64,000 bases of DNA, from positions 171,554,001 to 171,618,000 of the forward strand of contig NC_091289.1 of NCBI RefSeq assembly GCF_032444005.1, in the 5' to 3' direction. Both the position numbers and the translations under genes were made by a program. Under the pieces are notes generated by a model, which saw nothing but the letters and a program-made list of their open reading frames with translations, ran no database searches and was not told where the DNA came from. The stretch comes from Ranitomeya imitator. Lineage: Eukaryota. Shown one piece after another: positions 12,511 through 25,250 of the stretch (position 1 is the first letter of the stretch; each line of letters starts with the position of its first letter).

Positions 12511-13691
12511 TATATTTGGTATTGTCGCTGTAAAAGTACAGCTTATCAAACCAGAAAAGTAATTAATTAACTCATATGGTAAATAATGAAAAGAGAAAAA
12601 TAATGGCGACAATAGAATTTTAAGTTTTTCTGGAGCCGCCTCTGTCTAAAGAAAAATGCAATTAAAAGCCATCAAAATGTGTAATGTACCCCAGAATGTT
12701 ATCAATGAAAGCGCCATTTCAACATGCAAAAAAAGTAAGCCATCACACAGCTTCATCAATGAAAAAAAAAAGTTTCACGTTTTGGGGATAGGATGACAAC
12801 AAATTTTTGTTTTGAATTTTCTATCCACTAAAATGATTAGACAAGAATATATACAAAGTTTGATACCATCGTATTTAGACTGACCTGTAGAATCATATTG
12901 CCATATAATTGTTTGCCATACAATGAATGCCATAAAAGTGAAACAAAAAAAAACACGGTGGACTTACATTTTTTTACTAATTCAACTCACTTGGACCTTA
13001 TTTTCACATTTTTAGTGCATTATATGGTAAAATGAATGGTGTTGTGATACCAAGACACTACTTACGGACAAGCCGTGAGAAAGGGTAGTCAGAAAGTCTG
13101 AGGTAAGATACCAGGAGGGCTTGTAGTACAGAGGGGCAAGACGAAGGCATGATCAGGTTACAGTCTGGGGTCTAATACCAGGAGGCTGTGTCAAGATAAA
13201 GGGATAAGAGAAACGGATAGTCAGAGGCCAAGTCTGGGGTCAGGTACCTTAGGAAATCAGACGCAGAGGGAAGCACACACATCACTGAGCAAAGCTCTGT
13301 GTCTGATTTCCTGATCATGTTGCCGAACCTTGGATTTGTTTTGACCAATTGTCTTTGTGTTATCCCTTTTGCTCTTGTCCCTCTCTGACCTCAGGTACCT
13401 GACCGCGGACTTGGTCTCTGACTATCCGTTGAGGGGCCGAATGTTGTACACGGAGGTCTGAATGTTGCACACTGGGCGGAAATGGGACCAGATGTTAAAC
13501 ATGAATTCAATGATTAAGGTATGTGTCCCTATACTTTTCTCTGTTCAGTATAGCGTCTGTATACTCATATGTTATGATTTATGTCTGGCTTTAGGTGTGT
13601 AATACCTGGGACTTGTCTCTCTCGTAGTTTACATATTGATCTTTAGTATACTTTATATATGCACATCTGTGGCCTCAGTATATCAGTTTAC

Positions 13692-13919
13692 CGGTCAGAT
13701 TGCTTCAGGAGCCAGTAGAAATTCTGCCAAGCCGAGCGAGTGAGAACAGCGCGAGCCGGGAAAGTGATTCTTTGGGGCAGATCTTTTACTAGATTGTACA
13801 TCTTCTCAATCATTTCTTTTGAGTAAGTTCTATTAGAGATGATGGGTGGCAAGTATAAAGTGATCCAGCCAGGAGAGATGGTGATGTCAGGGTACCTCTC
13901 TTGGATGAGTTTTAGAAAC
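13692..13919 (-). CDS. FAM151A: FAM151A exon 5
   Basis: tacag|...|gtaaac. Encodes FLKLIQERYPDITISPGWITLY...RITFPARAVLTRSAWQNFYWLLKQSDR. Confidence 0.95.
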
Positions 13920-14143
13920 CTGTAATTATAAATTATAAGGGCTGTATAGGATTAGAAAAGTTTGTTTTCTTCAAGAAACAGCGCCACTCTTGTCCATAGG
14001 CTGTGGCTGGTATTGCAGCTCAGGTCAAATAAAAAAAAAAAGCCAAGCTGCAATACAACACAACGTCGATGGGCCAACGTGGCGCTGTGCAAGTATCAGA
14101 TTTGTATTCAAATTCTAATAAATATACATCACCAGATACTGAC

Positions 14144-14303
14144 TGTGTCGCATTTACTCCTATTTCATGATAGACATTGGGACCAGGCACGATATCGGCA
14201 TTTAGCCATACAGGACGGTTTATAGGAGTTTTGGAGGACTTGGCAAGTAATATGTCTAGTGATGGGCCAACAGCTTTGATATTCTTGAAATCCAACTTGA
14301 TAC
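14144..14303 (-). CDS. FAM151A: FAM151A exon 4
   Basis: tctag|...|gtcagt. Encodes GIKLDFKNIKAVGPSLDILL...RPVWLNADIVPGPNV...GVNATQ. Confidence 0.95.
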
Positions 14304-15249
14304 CTAGACGGGATAAACCAAAAACATGGATATGAATTACTCATAGATAAATATGTTAAAAAAAACTCTTCATTTGGACTCTGCGGACACTTTCATTGCA
14401 TTTATTAATGGCTGCATTTTATTACATTAGATTATATATCAGACACATAACACACGGCTACTTTGTTCCTGAACCAGCACCACTTTTGTTCATGGGCTGC
14501 TCATGATATTGCAGTTCTGCCCCATGTATAGAAATACCAAGAAAAGCCCGAATCATTTTTTTATGCTATAAAAAAGTCACAATTTGGTAAAAAATTTGGT
14601 GCAATAGTTGCATTATTTTCATTAAAAAAAATTGCTACATTTTTATCTTTTGCGACAGTCTAGATACTTACCTAAAAAAGTAAATTGGTCCTGGCATAAA
14701 AGGGTGAAGACAACTGCTGTCCAAATAGTTTACTATGACACATGCTATAAAGGGAATAGCTGGCCCATATTTCACCATCTGGTGCACAGATAGCCAAAGG
14801 ACACCACAAATGTATTAGTAGATTTGACGCACCTTTCACCAGCGGGCTTCTGACTCAAGACTGGTGGATGAAACATGAGTCGAGGTTAATTCCTCCAAAG
14901 ACCGAACTTTTAGGCTGTCATATGGGACTTCTATTAAGTGCAGCAACATCAATGCCTCAACAAATGTATTAGGTGCTGTGTAGTGATAACGAACCATTTT
15001 CCCTTGTGGCGGAGCTTTTATCCAGTGTTTTTTTTTTTACAGATTAGAGAGCTAATTATTAAGTGTTCCAGCAGAAGAGTAACTAGGGTCCAGTGGGCCA
15101 GATGCAAAATTTGGACCTGTACAACCCCATGAAGACACACATTAGCCCCGTCCTCCCCCCATGTTGGTCAGATGTATCTGCCCTTGTAGCGTTCTAAGTC
15201 CTACAAGGACATATTAGTTGACCCTCCTCCCCCATTGCGAAGTGATGTC

Positions 15250-15600
15250 CCACATCCTTCCTGGTATATATGTCCCCTCCATCCTGTGCCCATTCTAGTA
15301 TATGTGTCCCCCATTCTGATATGTCACTTATCCTGGGCTGCATCCTGGTATATATGTGCCCCATCCTGGTATATATGGTCCCCCTGCTGCGCCTCATCCT
15401 TGTATATATGTCCCTCATCCTGGTATATATGTTCCTCCTGCTGGGCCTCATCCTTGTATATATGTCCCCCATCCTGGCATGTATGTACCATTCTGTTATA
15501 TAGGTCCCTTATCCCAGACCGCATCCTGGTATATATGTCCCCCATCCTGGTATATATCCCCATCCTGGTATATATGTCCCCATCCTGGTATATATGTCCA
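15250..15600. repeat. Degenerate ~21-bp minisatellite (ccccatcctggtatatatgtc)
   Basis: Tandem units are visible; they produce low-complexity ORFs on both strands. Confidence 0.85.
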
Positions 15601-16531
15601 CCATTCTGTCTTTGTTCTTCAATGCATAGAAAAAAATAAATTATGCTACTCACCTTCCCTCCGCTCCCCCGAAGTACAGCATCCTCTTCTGAAGCTGACA
15701 GCCGACTTCAGCGTGCAAGCAATGGAAGCGCATGACATGACTGACATGCAACCCCAGCACGTGCACGCTGATGTCCGCTGCTGGCCTTTGATTGGCCGGC
15801 AGTGTGTATTGCAGCGCACAGGATCCATTTAAGTAATGAATCAAAATTATCTATACAAGTATATGGACACGTGAAAATCATGGGGGGCACATGGAATGAC
15901 ATCCATGTGCTGACCTTTTTTAACATTGGATTGTAAGAGAAGTTACGTTTTTAAATAATTTAGTCAGGTGCAAAAAATAGCGACATTAAAAACTAACGTA
16001 CCGTAATAACAAAACACTGCTGGAAATCTGTCCATTTTTTTCATACACAAGAAATAAAAAAAAAATACTTAAGGAACAATTTATTTGGTATGCTATTTTG
16101 TGTAGTGGACCCAGGGATTAAGAGGACCTACCAGCAGGTTTTGCTCTTATTTTATTACCATTGTCCTTCAGTTTGTTTGTTTGTTTTTTATTTTCCACCA
16201 TACGGTTCCAGAGATATGGTCCTTTTTACTTTGTGCTATTTTTTATGGTCTTTATATAGGGGACTTGTCTCACAGGATCCTCTGGGGCGTGTCTTTAGGC
16301 TGCAATGCATTATTATCTAATTAGCCATGCCCTTTAGGTAAAGACCATCAAATATCACTTAAGTAAAAAGCCCCATGGAGCCGTGTGTCGAATTAAAGGA
16401 AGAAAAAATGGAAAACTCAGGAAAGCAGCGGAAATTTAAATAAGAGCAACAACTGGTCAATTTTGATCTGGTGATTGGTCCTCTTTTTCTTTCCAAGCTT
16501 TTTTGATTTGTTCTTTGACCAGACAGAATTA

Positions 16532-16744
<213 letters not shown>

Positions 16745-16842
16745 TCACATAAAACGACTGCAGACGTGAGCTCCAAGGCCGGACAACCCCTTTAATTGGT
16801 CATTGGCATCTCAACAAATGTGGCACAATTCAGTAGTACAAG

Positions 16843-16845
<3 letters not shown>

Positions 16846-16902
<57 letters not shown>

Positions 16903-16918
16903 CACACACACACACACA
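16846..16918. repeat. (TA)n(CA)n compound microsatellite
   Basis: Read directly. Confidence 0.95.
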
Positions 16919-17875
16919 AATTAAATCTATTTTTATCAGAGAACTCTGCTTCTAAAATCTATCTTGCTCAGAAACTACTTAATGCCCGCTCACTGAGGCG
17001 TCAGATTACAGCTGCTTATTGAAGTATAAGGAGTGGGATCCGGGAAGCTCAGAGTGAAAGAGAAATGTATACACACACAGACCCATTCTGAAGCTTTCTA
17101 GTGAGTGTTATATCACTAGCGCTGGATTCACAGCTGCACTGCTCAGTACTGTTCTATAATGTCCTCCATGTTGCTGCTGATACTGGACACGTGCTATTAA
17201 CTGGATAAACAGGAGAGCAGGAATCCCTCAGGTCTGTGTGTGCGGTGTATGGGATATATAATAGCAGCTAATCTTCACCCAGTCACTCAGAGACAACTGA
17301 AAATTAGAGACGAAGTCAGCAAAGGTGAAATGGTGAATATTTCTAGGGGTGAATGGGATAGATTGCAACAAGTAAATTTGCTTTATAGTACAGAGCTAAC
17401 GTATTGATATTTGGAAGGATTATAGAGGACAGTTACACCCACTGTACTCTTGCTGGGTCTTTTATATGACTACAGCACCTGAAGGGTTAAAATTAATAGA
17501 AAGGCAAAACCAGGTCGCTGGATAGTGATCCATAGCAGAATCACTATACAGCATATCACATCCCAATTCTGAGCTTTCCTCGATCACCCTTTCTCATTGA
17601 TATTCGGTTACAGTGAATAAAAGATACAGAGGAAAGGATTAAACTGCACAATGTTCATGGCACGCTCTGTCCTCCCATGTGAGCCTTTAGTACATAGAAC
17701 ATAACTTAAAAATTAGTAACTGGTGCAAATATTAAGCTTTTTAACTGTTTCCAGAGCCCCCCATCTTCCATTCACCATTTAAAATATATTAAAATACAAG
17801 TTTGTGGCAGAATGTCCTTTGGGGTCCCTGATGTCTTTGCTACCTCTGTATCTCCATAGCTACTCTCACATTTAA

Positions 17876-18309
17876 AGGGAATATGTCAGAAGACTTTTGC
17901 TATGTAATATGAGAGCAGCATCATGTAAGAGCAAAGACCCCGATTCGAGCAACGTGTCACTTTTTGGGATGTATGTTGTTGTTTCAATAAAATCAGTGTT
18001 TTATCAGCAGGAGATTATCACTGCAGGACTAGGTGCCCCCTGCCAACTAGTCCTTCTGTTCTGTGTAACCCCGCCCCCCACCACTGATTGGCAGCATTCT
18101 TTTGACAGAAAGCTGCCAATCAGTGATGTAGGCGGGGTTACATAAGGCTCAGCATGCAAGCACTGCTAGATCTGCAGAAGAGAAAATTGTAATCGTACCA
18201 AAATAACAGCAGGCAGACCAGTAAGTGACACATTGCTGGAATCAGTGTCTCTGCCCCTATGTCATACTGCTCTTAGATTACATAGAAAACCCCTGCTGAT
18301 AGATTCAAT
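17876..18309. mobile_element. TTAA-flanked T2/Kolobok-type MITE
   Basis: ttaa-agggaatatgtcag start, degenerate gatagattcaat-ttaa end, internal inverted symmetry. Confidence 0.55.
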
Positions 18310-19537
18310 TTAATATATTTGTGGGAAAGAATTAGATTCTTAGTCTTGCTAAGGACAGAAACTAATCCAGTATCCTATTTTCAAGAAAGTCTTACATTCT
18401 AACATGAGGATATGCATCATACTGGTCAGCTCTCCTGGGGAGTCTGTGAGGCTCCTAAAGAAAGGGGAGCTCCACTGGACATTTCCAGGAGGTTTCTGAG
18501 ACACCCCAGAAAATTAGTCAACGCTTATGGATAGTCTATCATCAGACACAGTTTTCGTCCCTGATTCATTATGGCATATATGCCTTTTTTCTAGTTTTTA
18601 GCCTGTTTTTGATTTGCATCAAATTCTTTTCATTTGTGTTTTTTTTTTTACATCTATTTTACATGAGTTTGTTTTATAGGTTTGCCATTGTGGGCATATT
18701 TTTTTTTTTCTCTATACATTCATTGCGACTTTTTAAAAAAGTGGCAATGGTTTTGCACTAGTTTACTCCAGTCCCTTCCCGGAGCGATGTTACGTCCACT
18801 TGAAATTTTTTTGCGACATCTTAGCCGTACGTACAACTTTCTGCTCTAAAAAAAAAAAAAGTGCAAAAGAGGTAAAAGATAAAAGTAAAGTGCATTTTTG
18901 CTTTTGCTCAAAATTAATGAACCAGGAGAATCAATTTGAAAAATTGGGCACAAAACATGTCAACATCAACAATACTGGAAGACAAAAACAAAGAAAAAAA
19001 GACTTAATTAAAAAAAAAAAAAAAAAAGCTAATGATGAATGGAAGCGTGGTGTCCAAATTAATTTTCAGGAATTTTCAGAGCGTGGGAAAAGGGTGTAGT
19101 CTATAAAAGAGGAGTGGTGACGCAAAGTCCTACTCTGGAGGCTCCCAAAATTGAAGAGCTGGATTAATATATATAAACATATATATATGATTAATTTTCA
19201 TGAGAGTCTCCTAAACTTTTCATATTAGTTAGCAATAAGCGGAGTGGAGAGTCGATTGCCGTGTTCATGGTTATTTCCACATCTGGAATGAGACAAACCT
19301 AAACTAAGACGATCCCTGAAAATATTGAAGTTTGAAAACTCTAGTCAATTTTTTTTGTGGAGCCCAACTTTAACATACGAAAGATCAGATCTGATTATCG
19401 TAATCGAGCCTGGTACGATTGGATTTGTTGCTTATAGTATAACTCTGGAAATAAAAGGAATATGGAACTTGATTTCCGACCGGTTGATATGAGGAACAAA
19501 GCCATTTTCACTGCAGAACCATTTTTTTATATTTTCA

Positions 19538-19795
<258 letters not shown>

Positions 19796-20659
19796 TTATT
19801 GATTCGCAAGAGGACCGCCGGAGATAACCGTGGACGGCGCTTGGCTGCTCTTTGGAGCTCCCATCATGAATGGTGCGGAGGTGCGCATGCTCAACCACTG
19901 CCCCATTCAGAACGGGGCTCTTTACATCCTCGTTCTCAGTACTCGAGACGTCCCAGCGGTCGGACCCCCAGTGATCGGGAAGTTATCTCCTATTCAGCGG
20001 ATCAGAGCAGTTTTCTCTCCATCTAAGAAAAAGAATCCGATTATTCTGATCAGAGTGGCGTGAGTATTTCTCAAAGGAGGACAAAAAAGAAAAAAAAAAA
20101 ACATTTCTCCACCTTCTCCATTCTGTCAGTCCGTGAAAATTGGACCGCACATGGATGTCATCCCAGTGTGGTCCAATATTTCTCAAGGGCCCATAGATTT
20201 GTATAGCCAATTTTTGATCTGACACTTGGATCAAAATTGGACATATCTCTGAATTTTTTGCCCGAAGAAAAAAATCAGACAAATGCACAACCTCATAAAA
20301 TATCACAGGTACCAGTGCCATCAGCGAAAAACACAGCCAGCTCTCGTCTGATATAAACACTGGTGTGTACGAGTCCTTAAGAATAGCTTCCAAACTTGGT
20401 ACACAGCAGTAGCGTAGCTACCGGGGGGCAGAGGGTGCGGGTGCCCCAGGCCCGATGCTCTGAAGGGGCCTACCCGGAGCTACGCTACTGTAACTGTATC
20501 AGCACGTGCAGCGCGCCAATACAGTTACATTCTGCGGCAGAGCAGGAAGAATCAATCTCCCTGCTCTGCCACCTGGCCGCTACAGGGCCCCTGAGCAGGC
20601 GGGGGCCCGGAGCCAGCAGTTGGCCCCCTGCCATCATCGGAAGATCAGCTGTACCGGCA

Positions 20660-20965
20660 TTATTACAGGGTTTGCCTATGGGGGGCTGCCTTATTACAGG
20701 GTTTGACTATGGGGGTGCTGCCTTATTACAGGGTGTGACTATGGGGGTGCTGCCTTATTACAGGGTCTGCCTATAGGGGTGCTGCCTTATTGCAGGGTCT
20801 GACTATGGAGGTGCTGCCTTATTACAGGGTCTGACTATGGGGGTGCTGCCTTATACTACAGAGTCTGCCTATGGGGGTACTGCCTTATTACAGGGTCTGC
20901 ATTAAAGGGGGTGCTGCCTTATTACAGTGTCTGCCTATGGGGGCTGCCTTATGCTATAGAGTCTG
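20660..20965. repeat. ~32-bp minisatellite (tattacagggtctgactatgggggtgctgcct)
   Basis: About 9 degenerate tandem units. Confidence 0.8.
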
Positions 20966-21362
20966 CCTATGGGGAGTGCATTATACTATATTGTGGACTA
21001 TTTGGTGCATTATGCTACTGTATATGGAGGCTATCTAGGGGGCCATCATACAGTATGGAGATTACATTGTGGGGGTCATTATACATTGTTGGAGCCATCA
21101 AACAGTTTGGAGGCTACTAAGGGGCCAGTATACTGTGTGGGTGGTACTATACAGTGAGGGGGCATTATACTGTGTATAAGAGATCATCATACTGTGTATA
21201 GGGGAGCTGTACAGGGGGTGACTCGGGACATTATTAAATGTAAAGTGGGCACTTATTGTTATAGGGGCTAGAGGGAAAAATATGGGCACTGTTTTCTAGG
21301 GCACTTGCACCCGGCACTACAATATTATAGAGGGGTGCTTTAGAATTAAGAGAACCACACAG

Positions 21363-23188
21363 CAGGTGCAGTAATAGGGACACATACGGCAGCAGCGGCT
21401 CAGTATTGGGGTATCAGGTGTAGTAATAGAAACACATACGGCAGCAGCGGCTCAGTATTGGGGTATCAGGGGCAGTAATAGGGACACATACGGCAGCAGC
21501 AGCTCAGTATTGGGGTATCAGGTGTAATAATAGGGACACATACGGCAGCAGGGGCTCAGTATTGGGGTATCAGGTGCAGTAATAGGGACACATACGGCAG
21601 CAGTGGCTCAGTATTGTGGTATCAGGTGTAGTAATAGGGACACATACGGCAGCAGCGGCTCAGTATTGGGGTATCAGGTGCAGTAATAAGGACACATACG
21701 GCAGCAGCGGCTCAGTATTGGGGTATCAGGGGCAGTAATAGGGACACATACGGCAGCAGCGGCTCAGTATTGGGGTATCAGGTGCAGTAATAAGGACACA
21801 TACGGCAGCAGCGGCTCAGTATTGTGGTATCAGGTGTAGTAATAGGGACACATACGGCAGCAGCAGCTCAGTATTGGGGTATCAGGTGTAATAATAGGGA
21901 CACATACGGCAGCAGGGGCTCAGTATTGGGGTATCAGGTGCAGTAATAGGGACACATACGGCAGCAGCGGCTCAGTATTGGGGTATCAGGTGCAGTAATA
22001 AGGACACATACGGCAGCAGCGGCTCAGTATTGGGGTATCAGGGGCAGTAATAAGGACACATACGGCAGCAGCGGCTCAGTATTGGGGTATCAGGGGCAGT
22101 AATAGGGACACATACGGCAGCAGCGGCTCAGTATTGGGGTATCAGGGGCAGTAATAGGGACACATACGGCAGCAGGGGCTCAGTATTGGGGTATCAGGTG
22201 TAGTAATAGGGACACATACGGCAGCAGTGGCTCAGTATTGGGGTATCAGGTGTAGTAATAGGGACACATACGGCAGCAGAGGCTCAGTATTGGGGTATCA
22301 GGTGCAGTAATAGAGACACATACGGCAGCAGTGGCTCAGTATTGGGGTATCAGGTGCAGTAATAGGAACACCTTACGGCAGCAGGGGCTCAGTATTGGGG
22401 TATCAGGTGGAGTAATAGGGTCACATACGGCAGCAGCGGCTCAGTATTGAGGTATCAGGGGCAGTAATAGAGACACATACGGCAGCAGTGGCTCAGTATT
22501 GGGGTATCAGGTGTAGTAATAGGAACACCTTACGGCAGCAGGGGCTCAGTATTGGGGTATCAGGTGGAGTAATAGGGTCACATACGGCAGCAGCGGCTCA
22601 GTATTGAGGTATCAGGGGCAGTAATAGGGACACATACGGCAGCAGCGGCTCAGTATTGGGGTATCAGGTGCAGTAATAGAGACACATACGGCAGCAGTGG
22701 CTCAGTATTGGGGTATCAGGTGCAGTAATAGGAACACCTTACGGCAGCAGGGGCTCAGTATTGGGGTATCAGGTGGAGTAATAGGGTCACATACGGCAGC
22801 AGCGGCTCAGTATTGAGGTATCAGGGGCAGTAATAGAGACACATACGGCAGCAGTGGCTCAGTATTGGGGTATCAGGTGTAGTAATAGGAACACCTTACG
22901 GCAGCAGGGGCTCAGTATTGGGGTATCAGGTGGAGTAATAGGGTCACATACGGCAGCAGCGGCTCAGTATTGAGGTATCAGGGGCAGTAATAGGGACACA
23001 TACGGCAGCAGCGGCTCAGTATTGGGGTATCAGGTGCAGTAATAGGGACACATACGGCAGCAGCGGTTCAGTATTGGGGTATTAGGGGCAGTAATAGGGA
23101 CACATACGGCAGCAGCGGCTCAATATTGGGGCATCAGGGGCAGTAATAAGGACACATACGGCAGCAGCGGCTCAGTATTGGGGTATCA
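21363..23188. repeat. 52-bp minisatellite, about 35 copies
   Basis: Unit cagtaatagggacacatacggcagcagcggctcagtattggggtatcaggtg. Confidence 0.95.
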
Positions 23189-24369
23189 GTAGGATGAGGA
23201 GTTTGTGCAGGTTGGGAATAGATGGTGATGGGGCTGGAATATGAGAAGTTAAACGTGTCTTTGTTGTATTCTCTGGCTGGAAGAAGTTGTCATGTCGGTC
23301 TGGGCCAGATGGAAAAAATGAACAATTCCATCGGAAGGACGTCAGTGGTAAGACATTATCTGTAACTGTATTGTGTGTGATCACTTATATGTTCTGTAGG
23401 ACTGGTATCTACTACTGACCATATGGCGGTAATATCCATGTTGGTCTTTATATAGAAATTATCTTCAGTAACAGAGCGGTCATTTGCTGAAGTTTTCCTC
23501 CAGTATTAGAGTGCGTCACCGAGTTGTAATCAAGGTTACCTGGTTAGGGGCCCACTCAGAGGTTTTGCCCCCCTGAACCAAAACCCCAGCTACGTCTCTG
23601 GTACAAACCCTTTAACACCCATATCAGAATGGCTCCATTTATTATTGGATGTAGTCAATGAGAAATTTAGGAATTTTTTTAATGTGGATTTTGAAGTGGA
23701 CCCATTTCAAAATCTTTGCAGAAAAAACCCCCCGTGTAGATATACTTCCATTTTTACACATTTATTTTTACATGAATTTTGGTGAGGATCTTGTTCTTAT
23801 ACACTTCTACTGATTAATATGGGAATACACGTCTACAGTGCAAACGCTGCTTTTTTCTTACACTTAGAAAAAGAAACAACAGGTCAATTTCTGCTTGAAA
23901 AAAAAGCTCCAAATTTGATTATTTAATTGATTGAAGTAGATACAAAAAGTGTCCTGTACACAAAAACAGTGTCATAATATGGCATGAGATGAAAAAAAAA
24001 GATTCAAATTCTAATAACCCAAAATATGGTCACGTGACTGCACAATGCAACCAATATTGGACAAGAAGAGGGGAAAAAAAGGAAAATAGAAAAAATATAC
24101 AAGATGCTTTATTAAAATTTTCAGTACAAGTAAATCTTAAAACTGTTTGGTTGGATTTTTTTTTCTAGTTGGCCAAACATTTTCCATAAAGGGGCAACGT
24201 GAATTTCCAGTTCTACTGACTTCAGAATCTGTCATATCAGAAAATATTCTGAGAATACATCATTTAGCTGTATTAATACATTTCTACAAGGTGATGGGCT
24301 TCGGCTTAGATTTTATAAGATTTTTTGGTGATGGCGTCTGATACTATAAAGGTGAAGGTTATTCCGTAC

Positions 24370-24484
24370 CTTTTTGACGAGGTTTTCCCAGTGTCAGACA
24401 GAGTGCAGCAATGGTGACGCACACCCCCAAAAATACACAGACGCCCGCTACCGTCCTCAGGTTGGACCAGGTGCAGTGCTTCAT
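24370..24484 (-). CDS. FAM151A: FAM151A exon 1 (start codon, N-terminal transmembrane anchor)
   Basis: ATG at 24484. Encodes MKHCTWSNLRTVAGVCVFLGVCVTIAALCLTLGKPRQK; donor AAG|gtacgg; phase 1 joins exon 2. Confidence 0.85.
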
Positions 24485-25250
24485 TCCGTCCCCTTCCCAA
24501 AGTTTTCTTCCAACAAGAAGATGTTAGATGGCCCCAAATCCTATGAGAATGGCCAGTCTTTCTGCTCCCTCTCGTAGGAAATGGCCTCTTCTCAGCTACA
24601 CATACTCTACCGGAGTCCACAAATACGTTTTTTTTTTTTGCCTTTTTTTTCCTTTTCCAGCTAGAAGACGTCTTCTCACGTTACTGAGAAGGCCCCACTA
24701 CCCCTTTGTTCTGGGTGGAATTACAGGATGCACTGCTAGAACTCTGCACTTGGACCTTGTGCCATTGAAATTCTTTCACGCAAGAGGAAAGGAATCCTCA
24801 GTGATTACTGACAATAGCTGGAGACGCGGTCGAATCTCGGATCATATCTACTAAGGGAGTTTCAATAAGTATCATTACACCTAACCCTGGGACGCCCAAC
24901 AGTTGGGTCCCTTTCTCTACACTCAAGATCCAGTTACGGAGGTCTCTGACTAAGCAAAAATCACAGCTCAGTAACTCTGCTCAATCTCTTATTAACAGAC
25001 CTAGGAATCATTACAGCTTGTACCAGCGCAAAATATTATTATTATTAATAATATTAATTTAAAAAAATTATATTCTGAATCACATGAGGTTTTTTTTTTA
25101 GGATGGGAGGGTGATTAATTTTTGCAATAGGGTTTTAATACAAGTTTTGCACCATTTGGCTTTTTTTTTTTCTGCATGTCGCTGGCTGCTGATTGAGTTA
25201 ACTGATTATATATCAGTGAGCTCTTTTTGGAAAGTTAGTATCTCTTTTAA

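Larger units (their letters stand above)
20407..23600. mobile_element. Non-autonomous hAT-like element expanded by internal minisatellites
   Basis: TIRs cagtagcgtagct / agctacgtctctg; 8-bp flanks gtacacag/gtacaaac. Confidence 0.65.

Noticed and set aside
15194-15653. Overlapping Tyr/Ile/Pro-rich ORFs
   Set aside because: Translations of the ~21-bp minisatellite.
21363-23188. CRISPR-like regular array
   Set aside because: The units are contiguous with no unique spacers, there are no cas genes, and the context is eukaryotic. The same applies to the 26-, 27-, 31- and 34-bp arrays.
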